This document shows, in pieces, positions 1 to 9,002 of a stretch of 64,000 nt of DNA. The translations under genes and the position numbers were made by a program. The DNA lies in contig OZ250169.1 in assembly GCA_965237955.1 (NCBI GenBank), forward strand, positions 4,288,001-4,352,000, given 5' to 3'. Below the pieces are notes generated by a model. That model had not been told where the DNA came from, did not search any database, and was given only the letters and a program-made list of their open reading frames with translations. This stretch comes from Candidatus Marinacidobacterales bacterium (lineage in GTDB: Bacteria; Acidobacteriota; Vicinamibacteria; Marinacidobacterales; SMYC01). Position 1 is the stretch's first letter, and each line of letters starts with the position of its first letter.

Positions 1-1306
1 GACGGGCGCCGACGCCTTGAATCCCTCCGATCGTCAAGTGGGTGAAGTCCACGGGATGACTTCGCATTTTGGCGAACACGATCCGGAACTCCGCGTCCCG
101 CCAGCTGCGGCTGAGGGTTTCTTGCGCCATGCCTCGCGGATAGCGGTGGGGCACCTGGTCGGCGGAGAGGTCGACGACCTGGTAGTGCGTTGAATCGTAG
201 CCGAAGTACTCGGCGACGCGCGGCACGTCGCGGTGCTCGCAATACTGATCGTAGATGTTCCTGCCTTCGCCGACGACGATGTCGGAAACGCCGCGGCCTT
301 TGAGAAACTGCGCGAGCTCATCGACAAGCTCCGGATCAGTGATGACGGCCGTGTGGTTTCGATCGTAGCCCAGCATGAATGTGGCCTTCACGAGAACACG
401 AAGCTCGTCGACGGGTTTTTCGAGCTCGGTCGCTTTCGCTTTCAGTTTGCGCTCGAGCTCCGAAGTTTCTAACACCTGACGAAGCGCCGTCCTCTTTTCG
501 AGATCGGGTGCGCCTGTCAGCACGTGGACCCGGCCGCCCGCGCCGAGCGGGTGGGTTGCAAGTGAGCCGGAGCGATGTTCTCTCGGCACGAAATACTCGT
601 CGATGTCTCGAAGCTTCGATACGGCGTTCTGCCGAACGTCGGATCTAGCCAACGAAGTAGCGATTGTCTCGAATACGCGGCGGTGCGATACCTCGTCGTG
701 CCACATGCGCTCGAGCTCGAGCTTCGTCGATGCGTCGACTCGGGAGAGCGACCCCGAGAGCTCCGAGAGACGTTTCCAGCACAAAGCCGCGGTGGCCTCG
801 GCGCCGACTTGAAACTCGCAGAACTCCTGGAAGGTTAGATACCGAAGCTCTTTGCGCACCGCTCGCGGAACTTTGCCGCCCATACGTCCGGCCCAGGTCA
901 CGGCGGCTGCGAGGAGTCTCGCGAGCGGTGCCCGAGACCAGGTGACGTGTTGCGTTACCGAGCTCGCCCAGCCACCGATCGAGCCTGCCAGCTGCTGCAC
1001 GAGTGCACCGAAGCGCACCCACGGCCGGCCCCACCGGAACAATAGCCCCCGCGTATAGATCGCGTGCATTTGCTCGTCTTTCCACGCCCATGCGAGGCTT
1101 TGCCCGAATACGCGGATGAGCTCCGGGTCGAGCGAAGTCTCCTCGAGGCGGGAAGTCATGAGATCGTTCCGGTAGGCGACCGTAACCAGCTGTTCACGCT
1201 CGAGCGCGAGCAGCAACAATTGCTCGAGCTCTCGATCCGGTCGCGCGCGAAATTTCTCCCGGAGGCCGCTCAGGGTCTCTTCGAATTCTTCGTCGATCGC
1301 GCCCAT
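1..1306 (-). CDS. Ferritin-like (diiron) domain fused to DUF362 domain; runs off the left window edge (3' partial)
   Basis: Not in the ORF track because no stop falls inside the window. Hand translation from ATG 1306 (GAGGTG upstream) is open for 435 codons: MGAIDEEFEETL...ALEREQ...WKDEQMH...GAEAT...WHDEVSH...RVLVKATFMLGY...ITDPELV...IVVGEG...AEFRIVFAKMRSH. Two DExxH motifs, then DUF362-like motifs. Confidence 0.7.
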   Translation of the reverse strand, partial: MGAIDEEFEETLSGLREKFRARPDRELEQLLLLALEREQLVTVAYRNDLMTSRLEETSLDPELIRVFGQSLAWAWKDEQMHAIYTRGLLFRWGRPWVRFGALVQQLAGSIGGWASSVTQHVTWSRAPLARLLAAAVTWAGRMGGKVPRAVRKELRYLTFQEFCEFQVGAEATAALCWKRLSELSGSLSRVDASTKLELERMWHDEVSHRRVFETIATSLARSDVRQNAVSKLRDIDEYFVPREHRSGSLATHPLGAGGRVHVLTGAPDLEKRTALRQVLETSELERKLKAKATELEKPVDELRVLVKATFMLGYDRNHTAVITDPELVDELAQFLKGRGVSDIVVGEGRNIYDQYCEHRDVPRVAEYFGYDSTHYQVVDLSADQVPHRYPRGMAQETLSRSWRDAEFRIVFAKMRSHPVDFTHLTIGGIQGVGAR

Positions 1307-1529
1307 CGAAAGCGTTTCACCTCGAGTGACGTCCCCGCGAACGATCGCTCTGGTTGGTTTCTTTCTATGGTAGCGTCCCGGCAATCGCAAGCGCCAGGGA
1401 AACCACGGCGAGGCTCAACAGCCGATTCTTGACGAGGGCCCGAAAAGCGAATCGTAGACTTTGCAACAGGTTATCCATCTCTTAGTGCTTTTTACGGCGG
1501 CGGCCGGGGAAGGTTCCTATAATAGAGGT

Positions 1530-2033
1530 ATGGGAAAGCTTCTTTTGCTGTTTATCATAGTCCCTGCTGTCGAGCTCGGCCTTCTCATCCAGGTGGGAAT
1601 CTATCTGGGCACGTGGCCGACGCTCGCTTTGATCGTCTTCACCGGCATGGTAGGCGCGTATCTCGCGCGTTTGCAAGGTCTCTCGGTTCTGACGCGCGCG
1701 CAGGAGCAGATGAACCGCGGCGAGCTCCCCGCGGGCTCACTTGCGGACGGCGTCATGATCGTTGTCGCCGGCGCGCTTTTGATGACCCCGGGGATTCTCA
1801 CCGACGCGTTCGGGTTTTCGCTATTGGTCCCCGCGTTCCGCAACCGCATCAAAGACGTCGTGCTCACGCGCTTCCAGAAGGCCATCGAAGAAAACCGAGT
1901 GCACGTGCATGTCTCGGGTATGGGATTCGACGTAGACCCGGGACCGATCGTGGACGTCCAACCCGAGAGCTTCGAGCCTGACCGTTTTCCGCCCGAGCCC
2001 GATCGTAATCCTCCGAAATACAAAGTGCATTGA
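1530..2033 (+). CDS. fxsA: FxsA family membrane protein
   Basis: MGKLLLLFIIVPAVELGLLIQVG...G.LLMTPGILTDAFG, the FxsA signature. Start moved to ATG 1530. Confidence 0.88.
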   Translation: MGKLLLLFIIVPAVELGLLIQVGIYLGTWPTLALIVFTGMVGAYLARLQGLSVLTRAQEQMNRGELPAGSLADGVMIVVAGALLMTPGILTDAFGFSLLVPAFRNRIKDVVLTRFQKAIEENRVHVHVSGMGFDVDPGPIVDVQPESFEPDRFPPEPDRNPPKYKVH

Positions 2034-2413
2034 CGGGTTTCTGGCGCTACTGGCTCTTCCAGATTCCGGGTTGGGTTGTTCTAACCGGGCTTCTTGCGGT
2101 GGCGCATTTCTGGCTGGGACTGTCACCGCTGGCCGCTGTCATCGTGCTCGCGTTCTGGTTACTGAAAGACGCCGTGCTCTATCCCATCCTCAAACCCCAC
2201 TACGTTTTTCGAGAGCGCGACGCGCACCAAGGCCTTCTCGGAGAACACGCGGTGGCGCAAGAGACGCTCAGCCCCCGAGGTTACGTCAAGCTCCGAGGGG
2301 AGCTGTGGGTCGCTGAGCTTGCGGCGAAGGACGCGCCCGTTCCGGCCGGTGAGAGCGTGATCGTGGAGTCGGTGGACGGGTTGACGCTTAGGGTCCTCAG
2401 AGGCAGGCGCTGA
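2030..2413 (+). CDS. Short NfeD family protein (TM helices + C-terminal OB fold)
   Basis: LLGEHAVAQETLSPRGYVKLRGELWVA...VIVESVDGLTLRV, NfeD C-domain. TTG start overlaps the fxsA stop. Confidence 0.75.
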   Translation: MTGFWRYWLFQIPGWVVLTGLLAVAHFWLGLSPLAAVIVLAFWLLKDAVLYPILKPHYVFRERDAHQGLLGEHAVAQETLSPRGYVKLRGELWVAELAAKDAPVPAGESVIVESVDGLTLRVLRGRR

Positions 2414-3308
2414 CCGGCGTTTCGTTGAGCTTCGTGATCAGCTCTTGGATGAGCTCGTCGGCGGCGTCGCGCCCAAGCGGTGTTGCGCCCGCGCCCTTGT
2501 GACCGCCGCCCCCATACTTCGCCAAGAGTCCACCGACGTGCACGGGGCAAGTGCGATTGAAGATGCTGTGGCCCACGGTGGCGACGACGAACTCCTTTTT
2601 CGGCCCCCAGGCGATCCGCAGGGACACGTTGGCTTCTGGAAATAGCGTATAGATGAGAAAGCGATTCCCGGCGGGCAGGTTCTCGACGTCCCGCAAGTCC
2701 GTCACGATGACGTTCGTCTCCAGACGGGACTGCTCTCGCATGGCTTCCAGGAAGCTCTCACGCTCTTCGGCGATCCTGCGCGCTCGTTCCTGGACTTCGG
2801 GAAGTGCCATGACCTCGTCGATGGTTCCTTCGCGGAAGACGTCGACGAGCTTGATGAAGTAGTCCTTGAAGCTTCCGAGCCCGGTTCGCGGATCCATCGT
2901 GAAACCGAGGAGAACAATGCGTTCGGGATTGGTCACATCCTCGATGGTGAGCTTCGCGGCGTCGTAGCGGTCGGTCTCGTTGACGAGCTCGTCGTAGAGT
3001 TTGAAGCCCGGGTTGTCGTGAAGGTAGTAGTCGTAGACGAGCCGCGCCGTGCTCGGTGAGAGCCCGTACTTGCCATCGAAAGCCGTGGGCGGCTTTTCGT
3101 AAGTGCGAGTCGCCGAGTGGTGATCGAACCACTTGAGGCAAGACGGGTGATAGGGAAGGTTCGCGAGAATATCGCCGGGTTTCACCTCGAATTTATCGTC
3201 GGTGATGTCCTGCGGATGGATGAGCTCGATGTCATCGAGCCTCTCGGCATGATCGATGAGCACTGTGCACGTGAGCCCGTCCAGATTTCCTCGCGTAACC
3301 AACCGCAT
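2397..3308 (-). CDS. DHH/DHHA1 family phosphoesterase (exopolyphosphatase-related / nanoRNase-like)
   Basis: MRLVTRGNLDGL, FDHH and GGGGHKGAG motifs. Start set at ATG 3308. Confidence 0.8.
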   Translation of the reverse strand: MRLVTRGNLDGLTCTVLIDHAERLDDIELIHPQDITDDKFEVKPGDILANLPYHPSCLKWFDHHSATRTYEKPPTAFDGKYGLSPSTARLVYDYYLHDNPGFKLYDELVNETDRYDAAKLTIEDVTNPERIVLLGFTMDPRTGLGSFKDYFIKLVDVFREGTIDEVMALPEVQERARRIAEERESFLEAMREQSRLETNVIVTDLRDVENLPAGNRFLIYTLFPEANVSLRIAWGPKKEFVVATVGHSIFNRTCPVHVGGLLAKYGGGGHKGAGATPLGRDAADELIQELITKLNETPVSACL

Positions 3309-3395
3309 GCGCGCATCTCCTGTTTGCTCTCGGGTGGGGTCCAACTTCCAGAGTAACAATTGGATCGAAAAGCGTAAAGCCGATACGCTCGCGAT

Positions 3396-4412
3396 ATGTC
3401 GCACCGCCGCTATAACCCGCTCCTCGACGAGTGGGTCTTATGCTCGCCGGGGAGGTTGAAGCGCCCGTGGTTGGGGCAGACTGACACGCCCACGCCCGCG
3501 CCGGCGACGCCGCCCGCCTACGATCCCGATTGCTATATGTGCCCCGGCAACAAACGGGCGTCGGGCGAGCAGAACCCGGACTACGCGAGTGTGTTTCTCT
3601 TCGATAACGACTACCCGGCGCTGACGGCTCCTGAGTCAACCGACGACTCGACCCCGGACACCTCGGCGCTCTTGGTGGCGGCGCCCGAGCGCGGGCACTG
3701 CCGGGTCGTATGTTTTTCACCGCGACACGATTGGCACTTGGGCGCGATGACGCCTTCGGCGGTTCGGCAAGTGGTCGATGCCTGGGCCGAAGAATCGGAT
3801 CGCTGGTTGAGAGACGAGGACGCGGGCTACGTTCAGATCTTCGAGAATCGCGGTCTGATGATGGGTGCGAGCAACCCGCATCCTCACGGACAGATTTGGG
3901 CTACCGAGCACGTGCCCACCATTCCGGCGCGGAAGACACAACGGCAAGAAGAATATTGGACCGAGCATGGTAGCGACCTCCTAGGAGACTACCTCGAAGA
4001 AGAGCTCGGTCGAGACGAGCGCATCGTCGAGTCGAATGATCACTGGGTCCACGTCGTGCCGTTTTGGGCCGTTTGGCCGTTCGAGACCATGCTCGTGCCG
4101 AGAAGGCGCGTGGGTCATGTGAGCGAGCTCGACGACGACGGGCGGGTCGCGTTGGCCCAGATCATAGGGAAGCTCACTCGTCGCTACGACGCGCTCTTCG
4201 AGACGCCGTTTCCGTACTCGATGGGCTGGTATCAACGCCCGCGCGACGGCGACACTCGAGCAGGCTCGCGACTCCACGCCGTCTATCTGCCACCGCTCGT
4301 GCGCTCCGCCACGGTGCGGAAATTCCTCGTCGGTTACGAGATGACGTCGGAACCGCAGCGCGACTTTACCGCCGAGGAAGCATGCGAGCGGCTCAAAGCG
4401 TGCCCGACGTGA
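3396..4412 (+). CDS. galT: Galactose-1-phosphate uridylyltransferase
   Basis: HRRYNPLLDEWVL, RPWLGQ, CYMCPGN, GASNPHPHGQ and RKFLVGYE motifs. Confidence 0.95.
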   Translation: MSHRRYNPLLDEWVLCSPGRLKRPWLGQTDTPTPAPATPPAYDPDCYMCPGNKRASGEQNPDYASVFLFDNDYPALTAPESTDDSTPDTSALLVAAPERGHCRVVCFSPRHDWHLGAMTPSAVRQVVDAWAEESDRWLRDEDAGYVQIFENRGLMMGASNPHPHGQIWATEHVPTIPARKTQRQEEYWTEHGSDLLGDYLEEELGRDERIVESNDHWVHVVPFWAVWPFETMLVPRRRVGHVSELDDDGRVALAQIIGKLTRRYDALFETPFPYSMGWYQRPRDGDTRAGSRLHAVYLPPLVRSATVRKFLVGYEMTSEPQRDFTAEEACERLKACPT

Positions 4413-5554
4413 TGAACGCCGAAATCGCAGTCTTTCACGAACGCTTCGGCCAGGACCACGCTCGGTGCCGCGTTGCGCGGGCACCCGGTCGCGTGAACCT
4501 CATCGGCGAGCACACCGACTATAACGACGGTTTCGTGCTACCGGTCGCCATCGACCGTTACGTGACGATCGTGTTTGCTCCACGGGTCGACTCGATTCTG
4601 AGAGGCTATTCGATCGACTTCGATGAAGAGCGGGCGGCGTCTCTCGAGGAGCTATCACCGTGTAACGGCTCTCCGAGCTGGTTCGACTACGCGGCCGGTG
4701 TCGCGTGGGTGCGACCCGCCGAGAGCGTGCCGGTGACAGGTATCGATTTCGTCGTGTCCGGAGACGTTCCTATTGGCGCCGGTCTTTCGTCGTCCGCGGC
4801 TCTCGAGCTCGCTTTTGCCCGCGCTCTCTCGGATGCCTCCGGAGAACCGTGGGACGGGAAGCGTGCTGCGCTCGCCGGACAGCGCGTTGAGAACGACTAC
4901 ATTGGGCTGAAGAGCGGCATCATGGATCAGATGGCGTCTGCGCTCTCGCGAGAGGGCAGCGCGATGCTTCTCGATTGCCGCGACCTGAGCGTCGAGGCGG
5001 TATTGATCCCCGAGCATCTGTCGGTCGTTGTCATGGACACGGGAACGCGACGATCGGTCGCGGGAAGCGCCTACAACGATCGGCGCGCGAGCTGCGAGCG
5101 CGCTGTGCGCGCTGTGCGCGAGCGCAATCCGGACGTGCGCGCCCTTCGCGACGTGAGGGAGAGCGCTCTCGATGCCTGCCGCTCCGAGATGGATCCGACG
5201 GACTACCGGCGTGCGCTCCACGTGGTCCGGGAGAACCAGCGTACGCTAGGCATGGCACGCGCACTTCGTGCTGATGATGAGACCGAGATCGCCGCGCTTA
5301 TGGACGGCTCGCACGAGAGTTTGCGCAAGCTCTATCAGGTCTCGAGCCCGGAGCTCGACGAGATCGTCTCGATCGCCAAGGCGCACCCCTCGTGTCGTGG
5401 CGCCCGCATGACCGGTGCCGGCTTCGGAGGCTGCGCGGTCGCGCTGGTGAACGCCGAGGGGACCGCGGCATTCGCGGCCGATGTGCGAAACGCCTACGGA
5501 GCAGGGGAGCTCTACGTATGCCGCGCCGTGTCAGGAGCGCACATCGTCGAATGA
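4412..5554 (+). CDS. galK: Galactokinase
   Basis: APGRVNLIGEHTDYN, PIGAGLSSSAA, GIMDQ and GARMTGAGFGG motifs. ATG 4412 overlaps the galT TGA (TGATG). Confidence 0.95.
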   Translation: MNAEIAVFHERFGQDHARCRVARAPGRVNLIGEHTDYNDGFVLPVAIDRYVTIVFAPRVDSILRGYSIDFDEERAASLEELSPCNGSPSWFDYAAGVAWVRPAESVPVTGIDFVVSGDVPIGAGLSSSAALELAFARALSDASGEPWDGKRAALAGQRVENDYIGLKSGIMDQMASALSREGSAMLLDCRDLSVEAVLIPEHLSVVVMDTGTRRSVAGSAYNDRRASCERAVRAVRERNPDVRALRDVRESALDACRSEMDPTDYRRALHVVRENQRTLGMARALRADDETEIAALMDGSHESLRKLYQVSSPELDEIVSIAKAHPSCRGARMTGAGFGGCAVALVNAEGTAAFAADVRNAYGAGELYVCRAVSGAHIVE

Positions 5555-5580
5555 GCGGATGTGTCCGGTGAAAGAATTTC

Positions 5581-5664
5581 AACGCAAAGTCGCAAAGTCG
5601 CGAAGGCGCAAAGTGAAGCGCCTTCGGCGCCAATTCTCTCTTTGCGTCTTGGTGCCTTTGCGTT
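5581..5664. repeat. 84-nt REP/MITE-like element, copy A
   Basis: Terminal inverted repeat AACGCAAAG...CTTTGCGTT and internal hairpin CGAAGGCGC-AAAGTGAA-GCGCCTTCG. Related copies at ~12218-12300, 22315-22404 and 32082-32165. Confidence 0.85.
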
Positions 5665-5680
5665 AAGAAAACAGCGAAGT

Positions 5681-6151
5681 TTAGCCGCTCTCGGGTTTAG
5701 CGAGTGCGTCCTCGAGGCGGCTGACGAGCTCGGCTTGTGCGGCGTTCAATTTCACGCGCGCGGCGTCGGGCGAAAAGAACTCGGCGCGATCCACTTCGGG
5801 AAACGTTTGCCTTTGACCGGAGCGTGGTGGCCACTCGATCTCGAACGTGTTGCTCTTGATCGCGGCGGAGTCGCAGTCGCCTTCGAATGCCCACGCCGTC
5901 ACCCGCTTGCCTCCTTTTTGTCGAACCTCACCGAGAGCAACGTAACCGTTCTCGGGTACGTCGATGCCGGTCTCCTCGGAGAACTCCCGCCGTGCGGTCG
6001 TAAGCGGATCTTCGGACGGCTCCACTTCACCTTTTGGGATACTCCATGCCCCTCGGTCCTTGTTGCGGAAAAACGGCCCACCCGGGTGCACGAGGAACAA
6101 CTCGAGGCCACCCCTCCGACGGAACATGAGAAGCCCGGCGCTTAGAACCAT
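5681..6151 (-). CDS. NUDIX hydrolase
   Basis: SAGLLMFR...LVHPGGPFF...WSIPKGE...ARREFSEETG Nudix box, FPEVDRA. Confidence 0.88.
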   Translation of the reverse strand: MVLSAGLLMFRRRGGLELFLVHPGGPFFRNKDRGAWSIPKGEVEPSEDPLTTARREFSEETGIDVPENGYVALGEVRQKGGKRVTAWAFEGDCDSAAIKSNTFEIEWPPRSGQRQTFPEVDRAEFFSPDAARVKLNAAQAELVSRLEDALAKPESG

Positions 6152-6528
6152 AGGAGAATGACGACGGCGATGCTCCAATCATAGACCCAGCAGAGCACGG
6201 GAAAGGTTTTGCCTGCGTTGGCACCGGCGATCCCTCGGTGATGCAGGAAATCCCAGGCCCCATGCGCGAAGTAACCCCACGCGAGAATCGCCACCGCGTA
6301 CCACAGACCGAGAAGGGCGACCGCGATGAACGCGACGCCGGCGGTGACCTCGAGTGCGAGCGTGGAGTTGTCGTCACCGGCGAGGGCCGCGCCGATATAG
6401 ACCGCGCCCGCGGCGACGAGAACGGCGGCAAGGAAATCGAGCGCCTGCTCGCCCGGAAGTATCTGAAGGAGGACGACGGTGAGCAGGACGAGAATAAGTG
6501 CTCCGGTGATGCCGGGGTTACGGGTCAC
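6142..6528 (-). CDS. Small multi-TM membrane protein (DUF6010-like)
   Basis: AVYIGAAL...GYFAHGAWDFLHH...FPVLCWVYDW. Probable GTG start at 6528, within the chimeric 6142..6954 ORF. Confidence 0.6.
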   Translation of the reverse strand: MTRNPGITGALILVLLTVVLLQILPGEQALDFLAAVLVAAGAVYIGAALAGDDNSTLALEVTAGVAFIAVALLGLWYAVAILAWGYFAHGAWDFLHHRGIAGANAGKTFPVLCWVYDWSIAVVILLWF

Positions 6529-6539
6529 TGAAACCGTGT

Positions 6540-6885
6540 TGCCTCTGGTGGTAGCCATCACGAAGTGTGCGCCCCATGCGCCGCTCGCTCTCGCCGTCGT
6601 GGTCCCACGCGTTATCCATAGAAGCTGACGCCGGCGTCGATAGCGGTTCGAATGAGACGAACGCCGTCGGCTTCCTCGGGAACACCGATGTGGTAACCGC
6701 TGATGCCGAGGATTGAGACGTTTGTCGCCGGTCTTGCCGAACGCCCGATACGGCATGCCGTTTCGGTGTTCGACCGTGGGTGGCGTATCGAAGATGTCGG
6801 TCTGAGTCGCGCCCGCCGCGCCGGTGCCGCTCGCGAGTCCTGCCGCCGCGGCGCCCGAAAGGAACCCTCTGCGTGAGACCTTCAT
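6540..6885 (-). pseudogene. 5' fragment of a Tat-exported aldo/keto reductase, frameshifted and truncated
   Basis: MKVSRRGFL Tat signal and MPYRAFGKTG, then in shifted frames VSILGISGYHIG...RLIRTAIDAGVSF / DNAWD..GESERRMG. No C-terminal part. Confidence 0.7.
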
Positions 6886-6959
6886 CTGGACCTCCAGCGC
6901 GTGAGCATATATCAGCGCGCAGCTGTCGTCAGCCCCCATCCGGTACGGCGGCACCGCAG

Positions 6960-7170
6960 CCGGGCTTGCGCTCTCCGCTAACCGCTATCCGCCGCCCGGT
7001 TCGCCGTAAGGGACGATGTTGACGAAGAACCGCTTCAAGTGATCGCTCGAGTGAGCTCCGATGACGGTGGTTCTCTCGACTCATCAGGATCCACATGTCG
7101 ACGCCGTGGCTCCGCATCGTGGGCAGCAGGTTCGTTTCCATCTTGTGCGCTTTGACGTCCCCCTCCCTAT
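6960..7170 (-). pseudogene. Fragment resembling the N-terminal region of an M24 (Xaa-Pro) peptidase family protein
   Basis: LLPTMRSHGVDMWILMSREN segment recalled as typical of this family. No start or catalytic domain. Confidence 0.4.
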
Positions 7171-7213
7171 GCGCGGCGTGAGCATAGTAGCAGAATGCGG
7201 AACGATGTAATCT

Positions 7214-8752
7214 ATGCTCATGTGGATCCTGGCCGGTCTCGGAGTGGCTTTTGCGCTGCTGGTGATCTATGACGTTTCTCAGCGCGAGCACGCTATTCTG
7301 CGCAACTTTCCCATCTTCGGCCATTTCCGATACCTGTTCGAAATGCTCGGGCCCGAGCTTCGCCAATACATCGTTACCAGCAACAATGAGGAAAAGCCGT
7401 TCAGCCGTGACGAGCGAAGCTGGGTGTACGCGTCGGCGAAGAAACAGAACAACTACTTCGGCTTCGGCACCGACAACGATCTCGAGACGACGCCGAACTA
7501 CCTCATCATCAGGCACGCGGCGTTTCCGTATCCGACGCCTCGCGAAGGAGAGCCCGGTTACTCTCTGACCTACCGCGTGCCCGCCGCCAAAGTGCTCGGC
7601 GGGTACCGTCAACGCGAAAAAGCGTTCCGGCCCGACTCGGTCGTCAACCTTTCAGGCATGAGCTTCGGCTCGTTGAGCGCAAATGCGGTCGAAGCGATGA
7701 ACCGTGGTGCGCGCCTTGCGAACTGTCTCCAAAATACGGGCGAGGGCGGCATCGCACCACATCACCGGCATGGCGGGGCGCTCGTGTGGCAGATCGGGAG
7801 CGGCTACTTCGGTTGCCGCGCCGAAGACGGTGGGTTCAGCATGGAGCGTTTCCTCGAGACCGTGGAGGGAAACGACGTCCGTGCCATCGAGGTCAAGCTC
7901 AGCCAGGGCGCGAAGCCGGGGATGGGCGGCGTTCTGCCTGCGGCCAAAGTCACGCCGGAGATTTCCGGGATTCGTGGGATTCCATTGGGAAAGGACTGTC
8001 TCAGTCCGTCCGCGCACCGAGCGTTCGGCGACGAGGACGCCCTCCTGGATTTCGTCGAGCGCCTCGCGGACGCGACCGGGCTACCCGTCGGGATCAAGTC
8101 GGCGGTGGGGGAGATGGCCTTTTGGAAACGGCTCGCTCACCTGGTAGCGACCACCGATCGAGCGGTCGATTTCGTCACAATCGACGGAGGCGAGGGAGGA
8201 ACCGGTGCTGGACCGCTGGTGTTCACCGACCACGTCGCGCTCCCATTCAAGATCGGAATGAGCGAGGTCTATCGCGTCTTCCGCGAAGAGGACGTCGACG
8301 AGAAGATCGTGTTCATCGGGTCTGGTCGACTGGGGTTTCCCGAGAAGGCGCTCTTCGCTTTCGCGCTCGGGTGCGACATGGTGAACGTCGCGCGAGAAGC
8401 CATGCTCGCGGTCGGTTGCATCCAAGCTCAGCGCTGTCACACGGGACATTGTCCGACCGGGGTCGCCACCCAGAAGCGCTGGCTGGTGCGAGGGCTGGAC
8501 GTACCCTCGAAGGCCGAGCGGCTCGCGAACTACATCGTCACGCTCCGCAAAGAGCTGCTTCAGCTCTCTCGAGCGTGCGGCGTGCCGCATCCCGCTCTCA
8601 TCACCGCGGATCAGCTCGATATCGTCGATGACCGTCTGCGGACGAAGAGCGTCCGTGAGCACTTCGGCTATCGAGAAGGTTGGGGGCTTCCGTCGAGCGC
8701 GGACCAGGAAACCATCCGCGAAATCATGAGCCGCCCAGAACAAACTTCCTAG
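7214..8752 (+). CDS. Stand-alone FMN-binding glutamate synthase family protein
   Basis: MSFGSLS, NTGEGG, EVKLSQGAKPG.GG, DGGEGGTGA, GCIQAQRCHTGHCPTGVATQ (3Fe-4S) and an N-terminal TM helix. Confidence 0.9.
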   Translation: MLMWILAGLGVAFALLVIYDVSQREHAILRNFPIFGHFRYLFEMLGPELRQYIVTSNNEEKPFSRDERSWVYASAKKQNNYFGFGTDNDLETTPNYLIIRHAAFPYPTPREGEPGYSLTYRVPAAKVLGGYRQREKAFRPDSVVNLSGMSFGSLSANAVEAMNRGARLANCLQNTGEGGIAPHHRHGGALVWQIGSGYFGCRAEDGGFSMERFLETVEGNDVRAIEVKLSQGAKPGMGGVLPAAKVTPEISGIRGIPLGKDCLSPSAHRAFGDEDALLDFVERLADATGLPVGIKSAVGEMAFWKRLAHLVATTDRAVDFVTIDGGEGGTGAGPLVFTDHVALPFKIGMSEVYRVFREEDVDEKIVFIGSGRLGFPEKALFAFALGCDMVNVAREAMLAVGCIQAQRCHTGHCPTGVATQKRWLVRGLDVPSKAERLANYIVTLRKELLQLSRACGVPHPALITADQLDIVDDRLRTKSVREHFGYREGWGLPSSADQETIREIMSRPEQTS

Positions 8753-9002
8753 ACCGAGCGAGAAAATCGCCCCTGGTGTCGTCTCTTGTAGAAGAAGGGG
8801 AGACTTGGGTATGAGGGCACTACAGCGGCGCTGAGCTGGCAGAGATGCTGACGCGAGCGGCATTGGTAGATCGGCTGGGGGACCACTTGAATGTCTGCGA
8901 ACAGTGCCATTTCCTTTTGGCACTCGTTCGCCGCGCTCGAGGGGATCCGAGCGACGAACAGCGCGAAGTCACCATGGACGCCCTGAGAAACTGGGTGGAG
9001 TC

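Noticed and set aside
1471-1479. TTATCCATC as a DnaA box
   Set aside because: Single 7/9 match, no cluster and no origin context.
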